Positions 52,621 through 64,000 of a stretch of DNA of 64,000 bases are shown here, one piece after another. The position numbers and the translations under genes were made by a program. How positions within the stretch are numbered: the first letter of the stretch is position 1; each line of letters begins with the position of its first letter. The notes below the pieces were generated by a model. That model was not told where the DNA came from. It saw only the letters and a program-made list of their open reading frames with translations, and searched no databases. Where the stretch lies: NCBI GenBank assembly GCA_043228905.1, contig JBHGNT010000016.1, positions 3,100,001-3,164,000 of the forward strand, read 5' to 3'. The DNA comes from Azolla caroliniana. Its lineage: Eukaryota > Plantae > Polypodiophyta.

Positions 52621-52970
52621 ACTCGTGTATGTATGTACATATATATGTATGTATGTATGTCTGTAATTCGCCCACTTCCGAACTCCTGAGACACAGAGTA
52701 CCCCCCCAATAATAACCCTAATCCGTTTCCTTCCCACTTCCTTCCATCATTCCTTTTCCTCTCCTGCTTCTTCTTCTTCTTATAAACCCTAATGCCCTAG
52801 CTCTGCAGACTTATAAACCCTAATGCCCTTGCTTGTACTTTAAAGACCTCTCAATCCTTTGCTCTTCTCTGTGCAGCTCCAAATCCTTGTCTTGTTTCTG
52901 TGCTTCAATGTCCTTGTTGGGTCCTTAAAACCCTAGTTTCGTCGCACCTGAAACTCAAAAACCCTAGTCT
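52240..52970 (+). promoter_or_regulatory. Promoter/5' leader of the orphan gene: CA, CT and CTT microsatellites plus a cluster of telo-box-like AAACCCTA motifs
   Basis: aaaccctag, aaccctaat and aaaccctaat recur at about 52562, 52714, 52784, 52815, 52928 and 52959, including a 31-bp tandem duplication (cttataaaccctaatgccct). Confidence 0.6.
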
Positions 52971-53111
52971 TTTGCTTTGTGGCAATCCAGAACTCCGCAT
53001 TCTCTTCTCCTTCCATCGCCACCTATGCCGAAGCTTCTGCGTTCCCTCTGCTGCTTCACAATACCACGATCAGATTGCTAAAGAGAAAGGCAAGCATCAG
53101 AGGAAAAGGCG

Positions 53112-53229
53112 ATGGAGAACTGGCACCTATTCACTGCCGCCTTCGTTCTGAGTCTGGTCGACTTGGTAATGGCTCCTGTGCCCATGGCTATGGAAACCTG
53201 CGCGTCTTTTTGTTTTCTTCTCCTTCTTT

Positions 53230-53323
<94 letters not shown>

Positions 53324-54013
53324 GTCACTAGTTTGATGCCCGTTTTAGCAATGGAAACTAAATTTTTATTCTTCTTCTCGTTCTCGTCATCGTACGTATT
53401 AATTTGTTTTGGCGATCGAAGCTCAGCATTGTCGTCTTCTTCTTATACTGTATTTATGCTATATGACGATGCAATCTGTCGTAAATTATTATTTGGCCAT
53501 GATAGCTTAGCTTCTTCTTCTGCCATGTCTGTGTTTGATCCATGGGAATTAAGCATTCTTCTTCTTTCTTCTTCTTCAATGGCAACGGGTCTGCATTCTT
53601 TCGTATATCTGGAAATGGATGCTCTGATTCTTTCTTCTCTTCTCTGCCTTCTTCTTCTTCTTCTTCTTCTTCTTCATCTCAGTGAAATCTATTGTAGCTA
53701 TGGAAAACTAAGTTCGTGTCTCAGTTTGTTCTTCATCTCAGATTCCTGATTTAGCTATCGAAAATCAAGGTTTTTTATTACTTCTCTCTTTCTTGCTCTT
53801 TTGCAGAGCGTATTAGGCGCGTTTCTATGGTATCAGTTCTCTACGCTGTACTTCGCTTGGCATCTCTGCCCCATGATCGTGAATCGTATCTGCGAGCTCA
53901 TAGCTTTCATGTTCACAGGAGGAATGCTTCCATCTCTGGTATGAAAGAAAGAAACATGAAAGAAAGAAACCATGGATCTCATCAAGTATATATCGATACT
54001 GATAAAAAATATA

Positions 54014-54054
<41 letters not shown>

Positions 54055-56432
54055 ATTTGAGAGATACTGATCTATATAAGTTCTTTTCAAAGAAACCCTA
54101 ATTTCCTAGTGCAATCCGTATGATAGATCTATGTGAAATAAAAAAATGTAGGAGAAATGCATGTTTGCATCTCTGACAGGATGAAAACAGAAACAAAGGA
54201 GCCATGCCATCAAATTTAGTAGTGGTCTAAATACATTGAAGTTCGTCCTTAGATGAACATATGTAAGAAAAGAAGAAGAAGCCATGGATTCTAACCAAAT
54301 GCATGTTTGAGTTATCGTATATATAAATTCTCTAGAAATAAAGGTTGATCTTCTTATACTATTGCTTTGTTCGTGTTTCAAAAGCAAGTATAGTTTTGTT
54401 GGGCTATATTCCTTTTCTATAAAGAATCCCTAATTTCCGAGGAAATCCTAATGATTTCTGAATTTCATTTACAGGGAAATCTCTCTAATTTGTTGGCTTG
54501 ATCTGTTTCATTGCATCTGCAGTTTGCCATTGTCCAAGTACCTCTCTCATTGTTCTCCACCACCATCTATGCCAACAGGCAGCAACGTCTGCAGAACAAG
54601 CTTCTTTTGGCTGTTTACTGTACTCTTCTTGTGTATGAGGTGAATTCTGGGAGAGGTCTCTCTACAATCAACAGGATTCTTCAAGCGCTTTTAAAACCTC
54701 CCTCTCATCTCCCTCTGTTCTTTTGCTTTTTTGCTTTCATTTTACAGTTCCTTGTAGCAGTGCTTATGATCAAGATGGGTCGTTATCTTAAATGCCCTAG
54801 ATTGAGATCACATCAGATGGCTCGCCCTTCTTCGTCACAGCCGGTAGGACTTATCTTTCTTCTATGATCTCTTCCTGTATAAAAGGGTTCATCCACATAG
54901 AAGGATGCTATGGTGCATGGATATACTTCATTTCCTTTGTATGCATACGAACTATTGTTTTATACCAGGATATGGTGATTTGTATGTATATATGTACTGT
55001 TTTGTATAGACATACAGAATGTAATTCAAATAAAAGGATGTGCATTGTTGCTTTTCTGTATATACATGCAGAGCATCATCTTTATACAAAGTTACAAAGG
55101 TGATCATTTATATGAACATCATCCAAGTTCTATGCTTATGTTTTGTCTATGATGTATGCTATGGTATGTAATATTAGCTACTTTGATTTCTATGCATCCA
55201 AAGTGTGTACAAGGTTATTGTGTGTGCATTGTTGCTTTGGTTGGTTGTAAGTTGTCTTAATGATCTACTCTTTTATCTATTTGGGGTCATATGGTTTCTC
55301 ATTGTGTCATCCATTATGATAAGACCACTTCTATGATGAGTATCATGTGAAGGTCTCCATTCGTTTGTGTTATAACTTATAAGCATATACATATCAAGGA
55401 TCAGATTTTAACAACTGTGCTGACATTGTCCTAACATTGCATTGGTTTTAACTTTCTTTTTCCCTCTGTGTATGAATGAATGTAGATCTCTCAACCTTAT
55501 ATTGCCTTCCATATGTTTGCATTGTTCACACAACCAGTAGGGCAAGGCTTTCCATATCTGAACAACCCAGAGAGTGAGGTACATCACTCTAAATCGTGTG
55601 AAGTCTCATCATTTTTTTGTATTCGACAAGAATGTCTGTCATAAATGTTAAATCAATGAATGAAATGGTTTGATGGAAGGTATCTCAAGCAGAAGGATTT
55701 GTTACTGTCCAACAACCTGACGGGAAAAAGGTTCCATTCTTATTTTCAGCTTGTGTAGTTAAAAGATATCGACAATTGATGACTTTTCATTGGCTTCATT
55801 CTCATGAACTTGATTTTGCTTGCTGCTCAAAATAGGTTATGCTTGGGAAGGTGTTGGAATCGAAAGTTGAACCTCTTCAAATAACGGAAACTGACCATAC
55901 CAATAGTTACATTAAACCATTACAACCGACTATAAATGGACATATTATTGATGTTCTGGATGATGTTTTGGAGCAACAGGACAGTCCTATTGAATCTGAC
56001 CCTGTCAGATTGACATCAAGAAATATCATGGAACAATTGATAATTCCTGTCCAAGGGCAACAAGAAACCTCTCATGAAACCGATAATGGATTGGATCCGG
56101 TTGTGCCAACATCAAGTTATGTCACTTCAGATATTGAGCAGTCCATGGGTTTGACAAGTGAACCATCACTTGCTCCTATGAATGTCATGATTCCTGTCCA
56201 AGGGCAACAAGAAACCTCTCATGAAACCGAGAATGGATTTGATCCGGTTGTGCCAACATCAAGTTATGTCACGTCAGATATTGAACAGTCCATGAGTCTG
56301 ACAAGTGAACCATCACTTGCTCCTATGAATGGCCTAACAGTCAGGTTGGAAACCAACAGTGACATTGAACCTCCCAACACGATTGAATTTGTTGGGTTGT
56401 GCCAGGGGTCTGAATCTACAATCTTGCAATAA
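53112..56432 (+). CDS. Uncharacterised multi-pass membrane protein, about 359 aa; exons 53112-53165, 53807-53878, 54523-54639, 54748-54843, 55486-55578, 55680-55730, 55836-56432
   Basis: Strong start context (gcgATGG). Seven exons joined by GT-AG introns, all phase 0, give a continuous ORF MENWHLFTAAFVLSLVDL/SVLGAFLWYQF.../FAIVQVPLSLF...LLVYE/FLVAVLMIKMG.../.../VSQAEGFVTVQQPDGKK/VMLGKV... The exon 6 acceptor is weak. No family recognised. Confidence 0.7.
53231..53323. repeat. (ACT)n trinucleotide microsatellite in intron 1 of the orphan gene
   Basis: About 31 perfect units. Confidence 0.95.
56043..56330 (+). repeat. In-frame 147-bp (49-aa) tandem duplication in the last exon
   Basis: IPVQGQQETSHET(D/E)NG(L/F)DPVVPTSSYVTSDIEQSM(G/S)LTSEPSLAPMN occurs twice. 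Units start at 56043 and 56190. Confidence 0.95.
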
Positions 56433-56920
56433 TTGGCATATCTAAGGTATCCAACAATTGTGTTTGAAACCAGCTAAAAAGCAATCTAGTTCAAAAGGCA
56501 ATGGCACTTTTTCCTTACCTGCCTTGTTAGTAAACCCTAACATTTTCCACCAGTGAAAATACAAGGGGCTTTTTTTCAAGTGGGAATTTGCTTGCTCTGT
56601 TCAGAGATCCAAAATTTTTATTTTTGAGAGTTTTGAGGCCTCCTTTGATGGTTGCCTCAAGGTTGAAAAAGGGAAAATCTGATTATTTGCTTGATCAGCA
56701 AGATCGAGAAGAGAAGCTCACCATCAGATACCCTATTATCTCGTCTTGTACTATGTCCAAAATGTAAAAAAAAAAACAAAAGTGTTCACTATGTCCACCA
56801 TCTCATATTGTATTATGTACACCTCCATGTCTCAAATGCCCAATGCTTTCTTAAGTACGGAAAAAGAAAGGGATGAAGCTATGATTATGTGATTTGTTAT
56901 GCAATTAAATGTCTACCATG

Positions 56921-57455
56921 AGGGAAATAAAAATGTCTGGTATGGTTGAAGGTTGTAGCACGCTAGATGTGTATATATATATATATATATATACATACAT
57001 GTACAAATTGTGTTTGTTGCAATTTAGCTAATGCTATAACCTCATGTACACTTGTTATGATTCATTTATTGTCCCTTGTTTACTGTATAAAATTTGGTAG
57101 CATGATTTCCCTAACTGATCTACATTATCATTTGGATTGAACTGGGTTGTATGATTTATGGAGTTGTTTAGTATTGTTTAAGGGAAATAAAAACGTATCT
57201 GGTATAGTTGTGCCTTGTGGAACGTTAGATGTATATACATGTGCAATTGTGGTGGTTGCAATTGAGCAAATGCTATGAATTTCATTTACACTTACTATTA
57301 TTCATTCCTTGTCGTATCAGATGTATATGCATGTGCAATTGTGGTTTGTTCATAGACTTGGTGGTGGTTAAGTGCTGTATAGAATTTAGTAGCATGGTGT
57401 ATATAATTGATTTACATTATCATTTGGATTGCATTGGGTTGTATGGTTTGTGGGA
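56921..57455. repeat. Diverged tandem duplication of about 260 bp downstream of the orphan gene
   Basis: agggaaataaaaa..tctggtat.gttg...tagatgt.tata...aattgtg.t.gttgcaatt.agc.aatgctat...tacattatcatttggattg...tgggttgtatg at 56921 and 57181. Confidence 0.8.
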
Positions 57456-60400
57456 CCCATTTTGTCACCCGCATCCGTTGCTTGTTGGGCTTCGTGTTTT
57501 GATATGGTTGTTTCATAATTCACATGGGATTCTTATAGGTTGTTTGTTGGGATGGAATGGCAAGAGTTGTTTTCTATTCCAGCTCCTTTGCCTATTTGTC
57601 TTTGAGTTTGATGTTATAAAAAAGTGTTGATTGGATTATAATTGGTCATCACTTAGGATGCATAGTTTTAACCAAATACATGATCTAGAGCCCAATTTAT
57701 GTTTACCGCTTGAGTTGGTAGTTTGTTGTTATAGGTGTTATTATATGAGTCTTGATTGCATGATTTCCATGGGTTTGCACTCGGCTTGTTTGCAGAAGTT
57801 TATCTCAATATAATGCTACATCAAGCATGTTATGGGTTTGTGTAATGTTTGTTTATATTGTGATAACTTACTACAAGGTTCTTGGAGTCTTAAGGTGTAA
57901 TAAATGAAATAGAACTGTCAAGCAAGCATTATGAGAGTGTTGTTTTCATTCGCCATCCTTGAGGTGTTGTGTGTTTAGTCTTTAATTCTTCTTGGTTGGC
58001 TTGATCTTATGGATTGTAATAACTTGGAAGCTGATTTCTTCCGAGTTGGTTTTGGTTTTGAAAATTTTAGTGATTCTTGGCATCTTTTGGTTATGAAAAC
58101 TACTTTGATTTGGCATATGAGCATATGTACTTGTCTTCTGCAATACATAATGTAGTAGATGGGCCTCGAGTCAAGTGGTGTTGTAAAGATTTGGGAATCT
58201 TGGATAAAAGAAAACGAGAACTTAAAATGTGGATTCAACTAAGTTGAGGTGTGCAAAAGATTGAAGTAATCTAACAAGCCATCATATGGTTTAAATTTGT
58301 ATGTTTATAGTTGATCTTATGTTTCTGTAAACGAGAATAATGATTCACTAGATTTCATACCGTACTATGATCATTATCAGTATCATGCCACCATTTTGCT
58401 AGACTAAGATTCAGTCATGCAACATGGTGCCATTTTTTGTGGAGAATACTAAGAAGATATACATTATCACACTTATAGTTGCTCATTATAAATCAACGTT
58501 ATTTGTTTTCAGATGAACACATGAATAGCTTGGTTGATGTTCCCTAAGGATCTTTGAATTTATCTTTCTATCTTGAATCATAGTTAAGTTATAAATGTAT
58601 TGGCATGCAACTAGCACATGACAAAGCATGGCATAGTGAGGATCCATCATCTATATTGGATTTGTTATTGAGAACAAAAAATAAAGAATTTGACACTGTT
58701 GATATGTTGATATGCAGGAGATTGCCCAAATATAAAAGAAGTGTCAATCATTTTGAAATGAGCCTAGAAAACTTATGCTCCAACACTAATATTCCTTGGA
58801 AAGTCACATGTTTTGAGATACATGAAGAGTCATACTTGTAATCTTATTATAATCAAAAGTAGCAGTTGTTTATTGACTCACATCACAAAATATTCGGACT
58901 CTTTTCTTTGTGGGTTGTATGCATACAAATATGATAAAAGAACCCAAAAGGGCTCAGGGTTTGGATGTAAAGACAAAACATATAACAAGACAGTATGCAC
59001 TGCTTGTTTTTCTATTGTTAGTTTTCGAACATAGCTTATTGTAGCACGAGCTTGTAGCTTGAGCTTCTGCGTGCAGATGTGCACATGTTTGGAACTATGC
59101 ATGCCTTGTTGTAAAGCATTGATTTACCATTTTTATGTGATATTTTGTAAATTGCATTCAGTGACATATTTATTATGGCAAATTGTCCCCCATTAAAGTA
59201 GTGAATAAAGTGATCAACTTAGAAACAAGACAATATATGTCCCCAATATGCGCTATGTGCATGTAACTAAGGCGAGCTTGACGTTGTAACTTGTGATATT
59301 AGATGGTATTTGCAAGTGTGAGAGTTTGAAGAATAAGTGAATTCATAGAGGCTCTCATAACAAATAGTACATGCATTACGATACTCAAATAAGACATATG
59401 CCATTTTGGTAATTATAATACATGGTCATTAACGTAACTATGCTCGAGACGACATTACTTGTTGGCATTACACACAATATGCTAGCATCTTGTTTATACA
59501 CCGGGTAGAAACCATTAGCTTATGTGGTGTAAGCATAACTTTTGGGGCACACTTCTATATTGATGAAAATGATGTTTAGATCCATTATCCAAAACATTGG
59601 CATATCCCTCTTAAAGATTATTATACGAGATCCATTGTTTAGATCTTCATTTTTTGTAGCCTTTTTAAGGTATTGCTATTAAACAAAAAATTACGAAACT
59701 TGAGGTAGACTATTCTATATTAGTATGTAGGATGGAAATATCAAATCATTTTGAAGACGTGAATAAAATTATGGTTTCAATCGAACCAGAAGGTGCAAAT
59801 ATAACACGAGGTGTGAAGCACTAGTAAATGACATAGTATAGCTCTTTCTCTTGATAATGTATCAATCATGAAAATGAGCTTAATGAAACATGAAAATACG
59901 TTGTTTTGTTTGAGATTAGAAGAGAGGCAAGATTTAACACGATGCATATTTGAGCTTACAACTTTGGATGATAAATAGAGCATCATTCAATCCCATGGTA
60001 GTTTTGTTACCTCCTTGCATTTTGAATACACAAAATGGACGAGCAAATATTGAAAACAATCATTTTGAGGACTTCAATCTCTATTTCATTGCAATGGCTT
60101 CCTGAGTTCACGAAAATCCATCCCCCAAAACACAACTATAATGTGGGATTTAGGCCCAATAATAATTGTGATACCAGTTTGTTGATTGAAATGTCAAAAA
60201 ATGTGACATGTGAGACTTGTAGGCTAAGAGCAAGACATAATCGAACTTCGAATCAAAGAAATATAAGCATGAAGTATCCATCAAAACTTTCAACAATAGA
60301 TTGTGTTTTTAGTTGCTTATAAGTTTTGTGAAGTGTTGTTTGTAGCTTCACGATGCTATTAACACAATTAATCCAAACATATGTTTGCCCTAAATTGAAA

Positions 60401-61936
60401 CAATGAACACCTTTATCAACTACCTCATGTTGGGTTTATAAAAGCATTGAAGGGTTTCTTCCTCGAACATGTAATAAAATAAAATGCTAGAATAACTCTA
60501 TTTAAAACAAGCATAACCATTAGAGATGAACACGGTTTTCAAATTTGCACTGCTCCATTTTCATCGCGACGTGTTGACATGGGTGAGGATTGGATATCGT
60601 TATGTTGCTGGAGCCAAAACGATGCACGACCTCATGAAAATAGTCAAGCATTCATACTACTACATGCATGGCAGTCAGGGCGAATAAGCCTTGGAACATT
60701 CACATGCATGTGTTTGTGTCCACTGCAAATTTCCAATAAATTATAAAGTGCCATCTCTTTGTGGGTTTTGAAGGATGCAAGGATTGCACGTAGGATGGAC
60801 ACAATGATATCATCACACGGTTTAGATTCCCTTTTTCCAAACAAAGTTATTTCGAAGAGTCTGAAACGGGCCCTATATTCACGAGGGTATTGAGCATCGA
60901 CATTTTTTGTTCCACTGGGTTTGCAGGTCGGGCCAGATCGAAGTCCAAACATGGGCGATCGATGCCCCAGATAAAGTGAGGAAGGAATCATGGGAATCGA
61001 ATCAAAGCTACATAGGAAAGGGGATCGAAGTGATGACTGACAACCTAATAAAAAAAACAAACGGAATTGAAATTGGCTTAGAGAAACGTTTACAAAAAGG
61101 TTGGTCCTGTGGACTGAACGGAATGGCTCGAAATCGAGGGCTAGAATTAGAGGTTGGGGTGGCCATGGACATGATGGCGGGGTCAATACAGTGAAACTGG
61201 GACTTATGGGCGGGCGGGCATCTCTCGGATCGTCTTCGCATGTTATGTACTTAACTTACTTCTTTAGCTTTCCAAGAGGAGGAAAAATGGAAGAGATGCT
61301 CTGTTTTGAAAAGAAATAAAAGAGAGACAGACCCCACTCCTCAAGTCCTGAATCAGGCCAAGCTAAATTTAACCTAAGACAAAGTCTTAAGCTTCTAAGG
61401 GTTCTCTTAGGGTTTTCTCTAAGAGAAGAGAGCTCCCCATACCCAGAGGGAGAGGGAGAGAGAAAGAAGAAGAAGAAGAAGAAGTAAAAGGAAAGAAGCC
61501 ATCCCTGGTTCATCTCAAGTAAGAAGAAAAAGAATCCTTCTCTGTTATTTATGTGTGTTAATCTCCCAGCATGCTATCTGGCCTCCATGGATCTCTCACT
61601 TTGACTGCTTTCCCGATTTCTGCTCTTGATTACTTCGCCTTCTTCTTCTTCTTCTGATTCAATTTAGTGGGTTGTCTTATTTTTTATTAGAATTAGGGCT
61701 GCGTTTATCGTCCAGTCTTCCCATTCCCGTAGAGTTGCTTCTGTCTGATCTATGTATTTCAAGCCTTTGGGCAGCTGAAATAGCATTCCTCGTTCCCTTA
61801 AAACAATTTTTTTGCAGGATCATTCTATATTTAATAGGATTTACGGCTTAGAACTTTGTAATTCTCTCTTTCCTCTGTTACTACGGTGTACTTCTCTATA
61901 CAAACTCTCGTTTTTGTCATGCAGTTTTGAGATATC

Positions 61937-64000
61937 ATGACTTCTTCAACCGCAACATTTACAAGCTCTCAGTTAGCAAGATCTCCAATGGAAGCAATTT
62001 CTAAAGGGAAGAGTTGTATTCTTGCTTCGTCACCGTTTTCTTCGTTTTATTATGCTCCTATATCAAGGTTGAATACAATGGAAGGTATCAGATTTTCTCT
62101 TAGATCTCCAACCAGTGAAAAAATCAAACTCAAATCATCTCTATTTGGAGTATCATTGTGTACGAATGGCCCTTCACTACCTTTGCTCTCAAAGAAGGAT
62201 AATACTAAGAATAAATCTCTGGTGTGCATGGCTTCGTCTGCTGATGATGTTCCATCCGCAAGTGATCCGTCTATTCCGTAAGTTTTTTCTTTTTGATTTT
62301 TTAGTTTCCTTTTAAAATTGGTTGGTCTATTTAGTTATTTTTTCTTTTAATTTATTGTGTTTTAGTTAGATTTCTTCTTAATATATTTCCCCCAACTTTT
62401 ATTGATTTGTTCTGCGTGTTTTGATTATAATATTCTCCTTGGTTTTTTAAATTATTTCCTTTTCTCTGATTTTTGAGGCAGTTTTTGTTTATTTATCTCC
62501 TCTGTTTCCAGATTCCTGGTTCATTTATTTCCCCAAAATTTTAGTTCATGCTGTGCCTGTCCTGTTTTTCGGGTCAAGTTTTTTTATCCAAGTTTATTTG
62601 GTTATCGTGTATTAGGGGTCAATCTGGTTTAATTCTCGAAGTTTCAATTAAATCTGTTCTTTATATGGTGTTAGTTTGTTTTGTTTTTTTCGGAGATTTG
62701 GTTTACTAGTTTTTTCTTTTAGATTTATGGTTTAAGGTTATGTTTTGTCAACCATTTGTGATAAAGGAATCATCATTATTTTGCTGAAAAATCATCATCA
62801 TCATCTCTCTGTGGACAGGGTCATAGCTCAAAAATCTGAAGGCTTCTTAGAGAAGTACCCAGCGTTGGTGACCGGATTCTTCTTCTTCATGTGGTAAGTA
62901 ATGTCTTTATTCATATTCACATTCATGCCTGATGTATAAATATCCCCATGCCTAATGCTAGCAAGTATTTCAATGGTTCACACATGTTTTGGTGATTTAT
63001 TTGAAAAACGGAAAAGCCAGTTCAAAATTTTGCATGGTTTTTATTTCAAAAATTTCCGTTTTAGTTTACAATGTTAAAAAATCCTGATTTGTTTGTGAAA
63101 AAATTGCCGCAGTTTTCTTTTTTTTTCACAAAGACGTGACAGATGAGTCCTCCTCTTAGGGTACTTGTTTCTAAGGATGAGAATGATCATGAGCATAACC
63201 AAGTGTCTTCAAATCTTATCATCCATGAATCATGATAGTGTTTCTTTTGGGGTTTGAACATTTGACAGTAGGCTCTTATTTATGATGATATGCTTATCCT
63301 GATAAATTGATTGCTTTTAGAAATCATATGCATGATGTGTGCTGATTTTATTTTTATGATCTATGCTAATTTTTTGTCATTTTGCCCTCTACACTTCTCT
63401 GAAAAAGGTTAGAAAAATAACTGTATTTATTTTGCACCAGTAAATAATAAAAATATTAATGTGATATTTAAAAGAACAATTTAAATCTCAGGTGGATAAT
63501 TTCTATGGTTTTGACTCATTTTTCTTTGTTTTATTTACAGGTATTTTTTGAATGTGATATTCAACATTCTCAACAAGAAGATCTACAACTATTTTCCTTA
63601 CCCATAGTAAATACTCTTCCACTCTCTGTGTTCTACTTTCTATGTACATTATCCTTCTGTAAAAAAGTAATACGAAGAGGAGAATTATTTGATTGAGTTT
63701 TCCTTTCAATTTGCAGTTTTGTGTCCACGGTTCATTTGATAGTGGGCGTTGCTTATTGTGTGGTGTCATGGGCTTTGGGTGTGCCGAAAAGAGCTGTAAG
63801 TATCTAAATGTACAGCATTCATACTATTATACATGCTATCTAGACACATTACCCTGATCATATACATGTTGTCTGGACATAAATCTTTATCACAAACATT
63901 TGCTAAGACTAGAATTTGCTTTTTTGTGCATCCGTTTTAATACGTTTTGACAGCCTCTCAACAAGGAGACGTTTGGACTACTTGTTCCTGTGGCTGCCTG
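61937..64000 (+). CDS. TPT: Plastid triose-phosphate/phosphate translocator, 5' part (continues beyond the window)
   Basis: Ser-rich transit peptide exon 61937-62277, then [17 protein letters not shown] (from 62819), [21 protein letters not shown] (from 63541), [26 protein letters not shown] and [15 protein letters not shown]. Intron(s) are likely in the 5' UTR (acceptor tgcag just before the ATG). Confidence 0.95.

Noticed and set aside
52979-53749. 256-aa ORF with poly-Thr as a protein
   Set aside because: Non-ATG start, and the poly-Thr comes from an intronic (ACT)n repeat. The spliced gene uses a different frame from 53112.
60644-61319. Overlapping ORFs upstream of TPT and a miR319-like 'tggactgaa' word
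   Set aside because: No recognisable domain; likely a degenerate repeat or promoter. The miRNA match is partial, with no hairpin.

Overview
AT-rich, intron-containing nuclear DNA from a land plant; the PPR style and divergent protein sequences suggest a fern or other non-seed vascular plant (inference). Genes supported by the sequence: the 3' end of a PLS-class PPR gene (3-383,+); a SAC51/SACL-family bHLH gene (main CDS 12008-13301,+) with a long multi-uORF leader; RNA polymerase common subunit NRPB12 (15015-16140,-, missed by the ORF track); SEC20 (18642-23028,-) head-to-head with SPINDLY (24412-31745,+); an unrecognised 7-exon multi-pass membrane protein gene (53112-56432,+); and the 5' part of a plastid triose-phosphate translocator (61937->64000,+). 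The SACL leader includes the conserved intron-split '...CQ/AEYFRQLLKPVT*' peptide uORF. About 32-52 kb is gene-free TE debris with one recognisable 5'-truncated LINE. Most notable: (1) the SACL CDS is interrupted by a 115-nt intron whose two splice sites lie in a perfect 24-bp direct repeat, a candidate recent intron gain; (2) the SACL uORF cluster; (3) tandem U6 snRNA-derived chimeric units between microsatellites; (4) the orphan membrane protein with all phase-0 introns, an in-frame uORF and a 49-aa tandem duplication. All exon structures were inferred by eye, without transcript data.
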